Below, one piece after another: positions 52,420 through 64,000 of a DNA stretch of 64,000 nucleotides. The stretch is from Chiloscyllium plagiosum (Eukaryota). The translations under genes and the position numbers were made by a program. The stretch is taken from NCBI RefSeq assembly GCF_004010195.1, contig NC_057749.1:21478370-21542369 (forward strand). Direction: 5' to 3'. Positions within the stretch are counted from its first letter, which is position 1. Each line of letters opens with the position of its first letter. The notes under the pieces were generated by a model, which was not told where the DNA came from, searched no databases, and worked only from the letters and a program-made list of their open reading frames with translations.

Positions 52420-52774
52420 TTGAAGTCAGGACTAAGCGAATTAAAATTGACCAAAGATTATGCTTAAATGCAAACCCAAAAAATGAGCATCCTGTGGAGC
52501 AATTCTGTCACGTCACAGAGCATTGCCTAGCCCATGTTGAAGAGCAAAATGGGAATTACTGCTGAGCTCGTCAGCTAGAAAATACTTCACCAAAAACTCT
52601 TTCAAAAGTGTAACTATTTTCTTGAGTACTATTCAACATCGGGAGATATGATCATTTTAGAATATGTTTCACGCTGTTCTTTCACTGCATCAGCTCTGAA
52701 TGATTATCTGACACCATCATCTCTGACCTGCTATAAATTGCAAAGCAACTTCTCACAACTTTGACAGTTTGATG

Positions 52775-53275
52775 TTGTGAAACGTGAAAGGGTTCAGAAA
52801 AGATTCACAAGGATGTTGCCAGGGTTGGAGGGTTTGAGCTACAGGGAGAGGCTGAACAGGCTGGGGCTGTTTTCCCTGGAGCGTCAGAGGCTGAGGGGTG
52901 ACCTTATAGAGATTTATAAAATCATGAGAGGTATGGATAGGATAAATAGACAAGGTCTTTTCCCTGGGGTGGGGGAGTCCAGAACTAGAGGGCATAGGTT
53001 TAGGGTGAGAGGGGAAAGATATAAAAGAGACCTAAGGGGCAACGTTTTCATGTAGAGGATGGTATGTGTCTGGAATGAGCTGCCAGAGGAAGTGATGGAG
53101 GCTGGTATAATTGCAACATTTAAGAGGCATTTGGATGGGTATATGAATAGGAAGAGTTTGGAGGGATATGGGCCAGGTGCTGGCAGGTGGAACTAGATTG
53201 GATTGGGATATCTGGTTGACATGGACGGGTTGGACTGAAAGGTCTGTTTCCATGTTGTATATCTCTATGACGCTA
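52775..53275 (+). mobile_element. 5'-truncated CR1 insertion
   Basis: ERVQKRFTRMLPGLEG...; TGATG at both edges (52770-74, 53276-80). Confidence 0.9.
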
Positions 53276-53775
53276 TGATGACTTGCGAAAGGTCCACTTC
53301 TACAAAACTTCAGAGAAATGGTCATATACTTATTCTTAGCTTTCAAGCATTTAACTATTATTGTTAATCTTTGCAGAACACTAGTGGACTCCAAGAATTT
53401 CAGATTAACTTCTCATTTCTTCAAATAAGTGTACAAAATCTCTGTCTCAGACCAGCTAAATGGAACTCTGTCTGATACTCTGTCCAGTTCTGTCTCATAT
53501 CTGTTCAATACATACAGAAATCCACCAACCTTTATGCCCCCATGATCAAGTATGCACACACTGCTCATGTTTCACTCTTGTACAATAAACAGAAATCTTC
53601 TATCACTAAGTCCTTCTCTTATCCTGTCTTCCAGGAATCAGTTTATACTCTCTGGTCTGCTGTCTGGGCTGATATTGGCCTTATGTTGTACAAAGTTACT
53701 CTCTAGTCACTTCTACTTGGGGTGTTCAAGGCTCATGCCTGCTAAAATGTGCCTTAACACCACAAGCTTATTAGA

Positions 53776-54275
53776 NNNNNNNNNNNNNNNNNNNNNNNNN
53801 NNNNNNNNNNNNNNNNNNNNNNNNNNNNNNNNNNNNNNNNNNNNNNNNNNNNNNNNNNNNNNNNNNNNNNNNNNNNNNNNNNNNNNNNNNNNNNNNNNNN
53901 NNNNNNNNNNNNNNNNNNNNNNNNNNNNNNNNNNNNNNNNNNNNNNNNNNNNNNNNNNNNNNNNNNNNNNNNNNNNNNNNNNNNNNNNNNNNNNNNNNNN
54001 NNNNNNNNNNNNNNNNNNNNNNNNNNNNNNNNNNNNNNNNNNNNNNNNNNNNNNNNNNNNNNNNNNNNNNNNNNNNNNNNNNNNNNNNNNNNNNNNNNNN
54101 NNNNNNNNNNNNNNNNNNNNNNNNNNNNNNNNNNNNNNNNNNNNNNNNNNNNNNNNNNNNNNNNNNNNNNNNNNNNNNNNNNNNNNNNNNNNNNNNNNNN
54201 NNNNNNNNNNNNNNNNNNNNNNNNNNNNNNNNNNNNNNNNNNNNNNNNNNNNNNNNNNNNNNNNNNNNNNNNNNN
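53776..54275. other. Assembly gap (500 N)
   Basis: Continuous N. Confidence 1.
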
Positions 54276-56959
54276 TGGGATAATGAGTGATGGGGGAGCG
54301 GTTATCTCGACCTTGGACCAGCTCTCAAATGCAGACCGGCTCAGTATCCCACAAGAAGCCCTGATTATGGTACCTCCTGAAAGCAAGGGGATAGGCAGCA
54401 TTAGGTCGTTGAGAGAACTGCACACAATTACATTATTTATCACAGTTCTCAGTGTGAAGTGTGTTGCTGGAAAAGCACAGTAGGTCAGGCAGCTTCTGAG
54501 GAGCAGGAGAATCGATGTTTCGGGCAAGGGCTTATGCCCGAAACGTCGATTCTCCTGCTCTGCGGATGCTGCCTGACCTGCTGTCCTTTTCCAGCACCAC
54601 ACTTTCGACTCTGATCTCCAGCATCTGCAGTCCTCACTTTCTCCTAGCTCTCAGTGTGAGCCTTATACACTCCTTCAGAAGGAACAGGTGTGATCAATAT
54701 TCATGTTCACTTAACCATGGAGAGTGACTGTTGGGTCTATCCAAAGCCAATGCAAAATCATGTAATTCAATGAAGAAGGTCTCTCAGTGCAGTGAATGGT
54801 ATCCCCTTCCTCTGAGCCAGGGGATTCAGATTCAAATCTCACTCCAGGCAATCACTGGTCCAGGAAGGTGTGTTGGAATGTTGCAAAACAGGGAGATCAT
54901 CAAGTTTTAACCCTATTACATGCTAGAAAGTGAGGGAATCGGCCACAGGATGGGAAGAAATTGGAGTCTCTAATAGCTGTCTCTCCAAGCTACAATATAC
55001 ACGACACAAAAGTGTCTGTCACCATTAGCTGGAGCACGAGGATGAATGAGATTGGTGCTAACACACTGAGTTTAAATCCTATTCTGGCTGTATTTGGGAC
55101 GTGCCCCATTGTAATATGAAGCCATCCTCAGATGGCTAGCTGGAGAAGGGATTACAATTGCGTTGATATTGCTGAGCATTAGAAGCCTTTGTGCTGACAG
55201 AAACAACATTGATTCACCGTCCAATTGTTTCTGGGGTGCTGCACCTTGGAAGGGAAACTCCTCCATGCTGGACGAAAATACCCTTTCAGTCCACAGTCAC
55301 TGTTTCCCAAATTTATCAGGGGTTTCACTCCACCGACCCTTAGGTTCTTTCAATTTTGTGTCCTCTGTTTCCTCAGGGACAACTCTCCCTCATTTACTCT
55401 TTAAAAATGTGTCGCCATTTTGAACGCCTGATTTACATTTCCCCATTGTCTTCCCTGTTTCAAACCTCAGGTTTTCTGAGATCCTCTGAAGAAGAGTCAC
55501 CGGGCTCGAAACGTTGACTCTGATTTCTCTTCACAGACACTGCCAGAACTGCTAAGCTTTTCCAGCCATTTCTGTTTTTGTGTCCATTTCTCTGACCGTC
55601 CCATATCATTGACGTCCTGCACAATATTCTGGTAAATGTAATGGGTTGCAGTGGCTCAAGAAGGCAGGTCATAATCACCTTCTCACTGCAATTAAAAGTG
55701 GGCATTTGGTACTTGTACTGAAGCCCATATCCCAAAAATAGATTTTTTAAAATTTCACGCTAATTAGTGAATTTCACGCTAATTAGACACAAATCTTTGG
55801 GCCTTTCTTGCTGCAGTGTTAAGTAGGTTAAAATGGGTACTGCAGGTGCTGGAGATTCGGGCTTTTGCCCGAAACATCGATTTTCCTACTCCTTGGATGC
55901 TGCCTGACCCGCTTTTCCAACACTCCTCTAATCTTGACTGCTGCAGTGTTAAACCGATTCATCTTCCTTGATTGCACTGCACCCTTTGGTAGTAATGGAC
56001 TGGGAACTGCAGATGCTCCTGGCACTGAGAGTGGGTTGATGGGTTGAAAGACCTGGAAGCTGCTTAATAAAAATAAAAACAAATACCCCAAAACATCCAC
56101 CAAGTCAGGAAACTGTTTCACCAACTCTATGATTATCAACCCTTCTAACTCACTCCACAGTTTCTCCATGACCCACTCTGTCCTGTTGTTTCTATTATGA
56201 TTGCCGATGTTTAGAATTCACTGAGTTTTATGGTAAAGCTGTTTTCAACTATGATTTACAGATCATTCCACCCATAAGCTTCAAACCTCAATAACACCAT
56301 CATCTGTTTTTCTTCTGTCCTGTTTTCCTCTCTCAACATTTTGCCTTTTGCATTTTGTTCCACTCATGTATTTCTGGAACATTACATTGTCATTCTGTTC
56401 CAGTGGTTTGGGATGCGGCCTGCATCACAGTTGACCAACCAAGCCTTGGCACAATTCATTTTTACATATTTTAGAAGACAGAAAAATAAATTCTTCCTCT
56501 TAATGTTCATTCTTGGGACAAGGGCATTGCTGGCTGGGCCAAGCTTTATTGACAGTCCCTAGAGTCGTACAGCCATCGAGCCCAGACAAAGACCCTTCAG
56601 ACTAACCATTCCGTGCTGACCACAATCCCAAACTAAACTAGTCCCACTTGCCTGCTTTTGGCCCATATCCACTCAAACATTTCCTGTTCATGTACTTATC
56701 CAAATGTCTTGTAACTGTACCCGCATCTCTGGAAGTTCATTCCACACCCGAAACCACTCCCTATGTAAAGATGTTGCCCCTTCTGTCTTTTTGAAATCTT
56801 TCTCCTCCCATCTTGAAAATATGCTCTTTTGTCTTGAAATCTCCAACCCTTGGAAAAGGGCACCTGCCATTCATCTTACCTATACCCCTCATGATTTTAT
56901 AAATGTCTATAGGGTCACCCCTCCACCTCATATGCTCCAGTGAAAACGGTTCCAGCCTA

Positions 56960-58725
56960 CAGTGAGGTGGTAGTGGTGGTGCGCTGCCTTTTTGAACCAC
57001 TGCAGTCCATGTGCTAGACCACTATCTGTTATGGAGGGAATTCCAGGATTATGGCCAGCAACACTGAAGGAACGGCGATAATTTCCAAGTCAGGATGCTG
57101 AGTGGTTTGTAGGGAACTTGCAGGTGTATCTGCTGCCTTTGACCTTTTAGATGGAAGTTGTCATGGGTTTGGAAGCTGCTGTGTTAGGAGCTTCGGTGAA
57201 TTTCTGCACATGGTACACATTGCTACGCAGTGCATCCATGATAGAGGGAACGGATGTTTGTGGATGTGATGCCAATCAAGCAGGCTGCTTTGTCCTGGAT
57301 GACATTGAGTTTCATGAGTGTTGTTGGAGCTGCCCCCATCCAGGCAAGTGCGGAGTATTCCATCACACTCCTGGCTTGTACCTTGTAGATGGTGGACAGG
57401 CTTTGGGGAGTCAAGAGGTGAGTTACTTACCATAGTATTCCTAGCCTCTGATCTGTTCTTGTAGTCACTGTAGTTATATGGCCAGTCCAATTCAGTTTCG
57501 GGTCAATGGTAACCCCAAGATGGTTAACAGTGAGGGATTCAGTGATGGTCATTGCCTGGTATTTGTATGATGTGAACGTTATTTGCCACTTGTCAGCCCA
57601 AGTCTGGATATAGTCCAGATCTTGTTGCATTTGATCATAGACAGTTTCGGTATCTGAGAAGTCGTGATTGATGCTGAACACTCATCATCAGGGAATCATC
57701 AGGGAACTTCCCCACTTCTGACCTTATGATGGAGTGAACGGCATTGATGAAGCAGCTGAAGATGGTTGAGTATAGGACCCTACCCTGAGGAACTCCTGCA
57801 GAGATGACTAGAACTTAGATGACTGACCTTCAACAACCACAACCACCTTCCTATGTGTCTCGTATGACTCCAATTAGGGGAGAGTTTTCCCATTAATGCA
57901 TGCTATTTCCTATCTTGCTCAGGCTCCTTGCTGCCACACTTAGTTGAATGTAGTCTTGTTCAGGACAATCACTCCCACTTCTCCTCTCTCTGTATTCAAA
58001 CTGAGATTGTAATGAGGTCAACAGTTGAGTGGCCCTGACAGAACCCAAACTGGCCGTCACTGAGCTGGGCAAGTGCTGTTTGATAAAAACTAATAATAAT
58101 TCCTTCCAATATTTTACGATAATAGACCTTGGATTGATGAAGCCTTAATTGACCGAATTGGATTTGTCCTGTTTGTGTACGGGACATACCTAGACAATTA
58201 GATTCCCTCCAGTGTGGAAACAGGCCCTTCGGCCCAACCAGTCCACACCAACCCTCTGAAGAGTAACCCACCCAGACCCATTTCTTTGTAACTAGTGCAC
58301 CTAACACTATGGGAAATTTAGAATGGCCAATTCACCTGACTGGGATATCTTTGAACTGTGAGAGGAAACCACACCACCTGGTGGAAACCCATGCAGACAC
58401 ATGGAGAATGTGCAAACTCCACACAGGCAGTTGCTCAAGGCTGGAATTGAACCTGGGTCCCTGATGCTGTGAGGCAGTAGTGCCAACCACTGAGCCACCG
58501 TGCCACCCCAACCACCATGCTGCCCCAATTTTCCGCATTGTCAGGTAGATGCCAGTGTTGTAACTGTACTGCAAGAGCTTGGCTAGGGGAGAGGTATGTT
58601 CTGGAGCACATGTTTTCAGTACTATTGCTGAAACCTAACAGGGGGCACAGTCTTCACAGTATCCAGTACCGTTAGCCGTTTCTTGAATTCACGTGGAGTG
58701 AATCGAATTGGCTTAAGATTGACAA
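56960..58725 (-). mobile_element. Old CR1/L2-group LINE RT region with an HE1 SINE at about 58197-58510
   Basis: QFGFCQGHST, QQDLDYIQTWADKWQITF, IYKVQARSVMEYSALAWMGAAPT motifs. Confidence 0.75.
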
Positions 58726-59609
58726 CTGTGTTCCAATGTGTAATATAATATATTAATGTTCATTCTCTGTGCAAACCACAGCCCAGTTGATCTTCACTTC
58801 ATTCCATCTGCTCGTTCTCACAGCCCTTTCCTTCTCAAGTTTATGTAGCTTCCCTTTCAAGGCATCGTTACCTTTCACCTCAAGTGTTCCTGCTGAGGAG
58901 TCATTTTGTTGCGCAGCGGATAATATCACTATCAGAAGTTTCGGGTTTGAGTCCCACTCTGGGACTTGATAGCCAAGGAAGGTACGCTTGTACCCTGGCC
59001 AAGACCAACAGCGTGTAAAGAATTTCTGGTGTGCCTAAAGCAGGCAGTGACAGTGGGATGGGTCACCTAGTTGCATGCGTTATGTGGAACGCCACTCCTC
59101 AAATTATATGCTACAGCAGCTTATTCCGGGAAGAAAATAAAAGCTTATGGAAACATAGATGGCACTTGTTTTGACTGCCAGCTACATCAATAAGATAGAG
59201 AAGACTGCAGTCATGCTACACTCTAACAGTTCTCTCGGCAACTTCCTCTTGAATTTCCTACTGAATTTACTGGTACACTCAATTTGATTTCCCCAAAAAT
59301 GAAAATATTTTGTCAACATCTACCATCTCAAACCTGTCCCTAATTTTAAAAACTTTTTCATCTCTCATCTGTCTCTCTTCTGAGAAAAGAGAACAAAGCT
59401 GTTCAGAATTTCCTGAAATTGGAAACCTTACAGAGTCAGCCTCCAGGATTCTCAATTTCAGTACTATCCATCACCTCATACCAGCAGGTACAAAACCTCA
59501 ACAATGGTCCGTATTGTGGCTCAGTGGTTAGTACTGCTGCCTCACAGCACCAGGAACTCAGGTTTGATTCCACCCTCGGGTGACTGTCTGTGTGCAGTTT
59601 GCACATTAG

Positions 59610-60695
59610 AACATAGAACATAAAACATAGAAGAATACAGCGCAGTACAGGCTCTTCGGCCCTCGATGTTGCGCCGATCCAAGCCCACCTAACCTACATT
59701 AGCCCACTATCCTCCATATGCCTATCCAATGCCCGCTTAAATGCCCATAATGAGGGAGAGTCCACCACTGCTACTGGCAGGGCATTCCATGAACTCACGA
59801 CTCGCTGAGTAAAGAACCTACCCCTAACATCTGTCCTATAACTACCCCCCCCCCTAAACTGCACACAATATTCCAGATGCGGCCGTACCAGAGTCTTATA
59901 CAACTGCATCATGACCTCAGGACTCCGGAACTCAATTCCTCTACCGATAAAAGCCAGTACGCCATATGCCTTCCTCACCGCACTATTTACCTGGGTGGCA
60001 ACTTTCAGAGATCTGTGTACATGGACACCAAGATCCCTCTGCTCATCCACACTACCAAGTATCCGGCCATTAGCCCCGTACCCCATCTTTTTGTTATTCT
60101 TCCCAAAGTGAATCACCTCGCACTTAGCTACATTGAATTCCATCTGCCACCTTTCTGCCCAGCTCTGCAGCTTCTCTATATCCTGCTGTAACCTGCCACA
60201 TGCTTCCTCACTGTCAACAACTCCTCCGACTTTTGTGTCATCCGCAAACTTGCTCACCCAACGTTCTAACCCCTCTTCCAGGTCATTTATAAAAATGACA
60301 AACAGCAATGGTCCCAAAACAGATCCTTGCGGAACACCGCTAGTGACGGCACTCCATGAAGAAACTTTGCCATCAACTACTACCTTCTGTCTTCTTCCAT
60401 CCAGCCAATTCCTAATCCAAACCTCCAACTCACCCTCAGTGCCATACCTCCGTATTTTCTGCAGTTGTCTACCATGGGGAACCTTATCAAACGCCTTACT
60501 AAAATCCATATATACCACATCTACCGCTTTACCCTCGTCCACCTCCTTAGTCACCTTCTCAAAGAATTCAATAAGGTTTGTGAGGCACGACCTGCCCTTC
60601 ACAAAACCATGCTGACTATCCTTGATCACATTATTCCTATCCAGATGTTCATAAATCCTATCCCTTACAATTCTCTCTAAGATTTTGCCCACAAC
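59610..60695 (-). mobile_element. Young CR1 copy with an open RT domain (351-aa ORF) and an internal deletion near the C-terminus
   Basis: [44 protein letters not shown] all intact. Confidence 0.95.
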
Positions 60696-61564
60696 ATTCT
60701 CCCTGTTTCTGCGTGGGTTTGCTCCGGGTGCTCTCTGGTTTCCTCCCACACTCCAAAGATGTGCAGGTTAGGTGGATTGGCCATGCTAAATTGCTTGTAG
60801 TGCTCAGGGATATGCAGGCTAGGTGGGTTAGCCGTGGAGAATGCAGGATTACAGGGATAGGGTAGGGGGTACGTCTGGGTGGGATGCTTTTCAGAGGGTC
60901 AGTGTGGACTTGGCACACTGTAGGGATTCAGGGATAACACCTCCATGTCAATTGCTGCAATTTCATTTCATCACCCAGCTAGCTGACTAATCTTGATTCA
61001 CCTTGACAAATCTCTGCTGGCGCCCTGCGAACGATGAATGAATCAATGCATCCTAATGCAATGTCATCACCACTAATCATCCAACAGGTATAGTGACAGA
61101 TGCCTGAACAATGCCATGAGATGACAGACTAACCCACCACTCACTCGTTATCGCCCAGTGAGATTGTGCAATCCCTTCATTGCAATTTGATCATCCTGTT
61201 CCCCCTGTAAGGTATGCTCTCAGTCTTTATCCTGTCAAACTCCTGAAGACCTGACCTGTCAGCCCCTGTTCCTCCAACAAAAATGCAAAACACTGTGAGT
61301 GCTGAAAGTCAGCAACATGCAGAGAAATTGATGTCAAAGCTCAGCATGTCTGACAGCATCCGTAAATAAGTTAAGGTTTCAGGTTTCAGAGAAGAAGTTT
61401 TAAGTAAGGCAATTTCTGTCTTTCGCTCTTTCTCCAACGACTGTGTAATCTTTCCTGACTGTGTAACCTGATAACAAGACTCTGTTGTCATTAAAGTGTG
61501 AATGCCAGTTCTCTAGAAACTGGTGAGAAACGTCGAGGCTGATTATATTTCTGTGGATGGCACT

Positions 61565-62115
61565 TTAAAACGTTAAACAACACACAACGCCAAGTTACAG
61601 TCCAACAGGTTTATTTGGAAACACTAGCTTTCAAGGTGGCTCACAGTCATAGGGCACCTCACACCTTAAATGCATAATCTGGGCTGACAGGAAATCATTC
61701 CCAACGAAGGGCTTTTGCCCGAAACATCGACTCTCCTGCTCCTCGGATGCTGCCTGACTTGCTGTGCTTTTCCAGCACCACACTCTCGACTCTAATCTCC
61801 AGCATCTGCAGTCCTCACTTTCACCGACCAATTGTTCAAGTTCCCTTGAGGCAGTAACTTTTAAAATGTTCTGTGATTTACATATGAAAGAACTGAAACC
61901 AATATGTTCACTCTAAAAGATGAGAAACTTAACAAACAATCCAGATCTTTTTCAACGTATAATTTCAATAATATCACACTGTAAACTTTTGCTATAAATT
62001 CTATGTCTTACGATCTTATACTCCGTAACCACCTGATGAAGGAGCAGCGCTCTGAAAACTAGTGCTTCCAAATAAACATATTGGACTATAACCTGTTGTT
62101 GTGTGATTTTTAACT
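61565..62115. mobile_element. PLE terminal-repeat fragments in inverted arrangement with a hammerhead-like core at about 62030-62065
   Basis: CACCTGATGAAGGAGCAGCGCTCTGAAAACTAGTG; a second-family pLTR is inserted at about 61695-61825. Confidence 0.65.
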
Positions 62116-62809
62116 GAGGAAAGAGACATCTACAATGACAGTGCCAGTATCACCTGGGACAAAAACCTTTACAATGACAGATATGGATCACCAGGAGGAG
62201 AGAATTCACAAAAGAGAATGACAGGGAGAAATAGATAGTGTAAATAGATACAGATGCTAGAGATAGTGATTAATGAGAGCCAAAGATCAAATGATGCTGA
62301 TTAAACCATAGGCACACAGATCAGCATGGAGAGAGAAAAACAGATGGAGATAGATTAAATAAAGGTATAGAAGAAAATAAAGAGCTAGTCTTGTTGGTCC
62401 AGTGCTTTCTCTCCACAGATGCTGCCAATCCTGCAGAGTTTCTCCAGCAATTTCTGTTTTTGTTTCTGATTTCCAGCATCCACATTTCTTTGTTTTTAGA
62501 AATAAAAACAAACAGCTTTTCTGTCCGTCCCGGGTGCATTGAGGGCGATAATGGGAGCAAATGGCTGGAGATATAGATTGACAGAGAGATGCAGAGCTCA
62601 GTGAAAGAGTTGGAATAATGCAAGTCCCAAGCCCCAGGCTGCCCCAGAACTGGGGACAAAATAGGCCGGCGACACTGGAGAGTATTCAGCGATATAATTT
62701 AAATCCCCTCCCTCACTGAGTGCTCACAGTTTACACACACCCACCACAAACGCACAGGCAGACACACAATGCCCTCCCCATGGAAATGGGGTCAGGAGCC
62801 CCTACTTAC

Positions 62810-62894
62810 CCCTCAGATTCAGTTTGAGTCGGGGTAAGGTACTGGATGAGGCGCTGCTGAGGAGGAGCGAGAGGAAGAGACGGAGCAGAGACAT
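62810..62894 (-). CDS. First coding exon of a semaphorin-like gene (class 3 or class 7): MSLLRLFLSLLLSSASSSTLPRLKLNLR|
   Basis: ATG at 62894 in CCAGACATG context. Hydrophobic signal peptide, then a PRLKL motif. 85 nt (28 codons + 1) ending at a G|GTAAGT donor. SEMA3A exon 1 likewise ends PRLKLSYK| in phase 1. No exon 2 recognised in the window. Confidence 0.72.
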
Positions 62895-64000
62895 GTCTGG
62901 CTCTGGATTCTGTGTTAAGTTCCTGACAGACTGAGCACTCTTCAGCTCCCCCCTTCCCTTTCAGTCTGAGCTGCACCCCCTGCAGTGGGAGGGACTATAG
63001 TGGGTGTGAGGAAATGTCTCTGTACTGCAGTTATACTGAGACACTGTAATCATGTAGAGATCCGATTACAGTCACTGGTTAAATATCTAACATTACCAAA
63101 CAGAAATACTTCATCAATGCGATGCTCCTCATATTGGCGTGTAAAATGATGACTTTAAAAATTCATCCATGGGAAGTGAGCGCGGCTGGCTGGACCAGTT
63201 CTTGTTTCTATCCCCTAGTTACTCTGGAGAAGGTGTAGATGGGTTATATTCTGGAACCAATTAGTATACAGTACAGTATTTACTATAGAGACACACTGTG
63301 CTGTTAGAGAGAGTATTCCAGGACTTAGACACGAAAGGAACAGCGATTTACTTCCAAAATAGGATGTTGGGAAGGGAACCTGCAGGGAGTGTGGTAGGTG
63401 CTGCCTTATTCTCCAACATGGTAGAACTCATAGGTTTGGAAGGTGTTGTCTGAGGAGCCTTGATGAATTTCTGCAGTGCATCAGTGGTGGGCACTGCTAC
63501 TGCTCAGCTTTGCCTGTGGTGAATATTTAAGGCAGGGAATGGGGCGCTGGTCAAGAAGACTGATTTATCCTGATTTGGAGATGCCGGTGTTGGACTGGGG
63601 TGGACAAAGTTAAAAATCACACAACACCAGGTTATAGTCCAACAGGCCTAATTGGAAGCACTAGCTTTCGGAGCTACTCCTTTATCAGGTGGTGGTTGTC
63701 CTGGGTGGTGTCACGCTTCTTGAATATTAATGAAGCACATAATATTCCATCACCTGAATCGTATCTTGAATGGGGGATCTAATATAAGGGGAGTGGATCT
63801 TAATGTGTACTGTTAGATGCTGAAGGTTTTTGCCTGTAGCTAGAGACTAATTACTTGTAAAAACAAAGGCACTCTCGTTCGATACCAAAACCATGTCTGT
63901 GCCTTCTGTTGACTAGGTTCTGAAGATCAGCTAAATTGGGGAAATTATTGCGTACTTTTGAAAATCTTTAACTTTTCAGTGAATCTGGGAAATAACAGAA

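Larger units (their letters stand above)
51275..56480 (-). pseudogene. Decayed, transposon-interrupted long ORF (about 1000 codons net), unidentified, with HEPN-like motifs
   Basis: Manual translation of inter-TE pieces. 54790-54277 ETFFIELHDFALALDRPNSHSPWLSEHEY*SHLFLLKECIRLTLRTVINNVIVC... stays in frame after removing an insertion with TSD TCTCAGTGTGA. 53775-53281 SNKLVVLRHILAG...DRRFLFIVQE*...VPFSWSETEILYTYLKK*...VLQRLTIIVKCLK has 5 stops (4 TGA, 1 TAG). Ends ...LDKQLQVVVEEIN* at 51275, followed by AT-rich DNA. Confidence 0.6.

Noticed and set aside
575..60930. tRNA genes suggested by A/B boxes
   Set aside because: They are tRNA-derived SINE heads followed by V-domain and LINE tail, not cloverleaf genes.
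60940..61270. Minus-strand peptide containing SLGDNE and MISGDDIALG, like viral RdRp motif C
   Set aside because: No recognisable motifs A/B, several stops, and short motifs arise by chance. Still worth including in the fossil-ORF search.

Overview
Eukaryotic, almost certainly cartilaginous-fish (shark) genomic DNA. It is dominated by nested transposons: tRNA-derived HE1-type V-SINEs, CR1/HER1-type LINEs, Penelope-like elements (PLEs) with hammerhead-ribozyme motifs, a Tx1-like LINE end, a Harbinger relic and solo LTRs. It also has micro/minisatellites and two assembly gaps. The only convincing live host coding sequence is a minus-strand first exon at 62810-62894 (signal peptide + PRLKL motif, phase-1 GTAAGT donor) typical of a semaphorin, so most of the window is probably its first intron. 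The main unexplained signal lies in the unique DNA between the transposons, from about 1 to 57 kb. It repeatedly reads as decayed minus-strand protein-coding sequence whose stops are mostly TGA/TAG, and it stays in frame across some insertions once target-site duplications (TSDs) are removed. This suggests a large, ancient, transposon-shredded intronless coding region (endogenous virus, giant mobile element or giant-exon pseudogene); one segment has HEPN-like motifs. All identifications are by eye and from recall of family motifs; no searches were run. Transposon boundaries are approximate.
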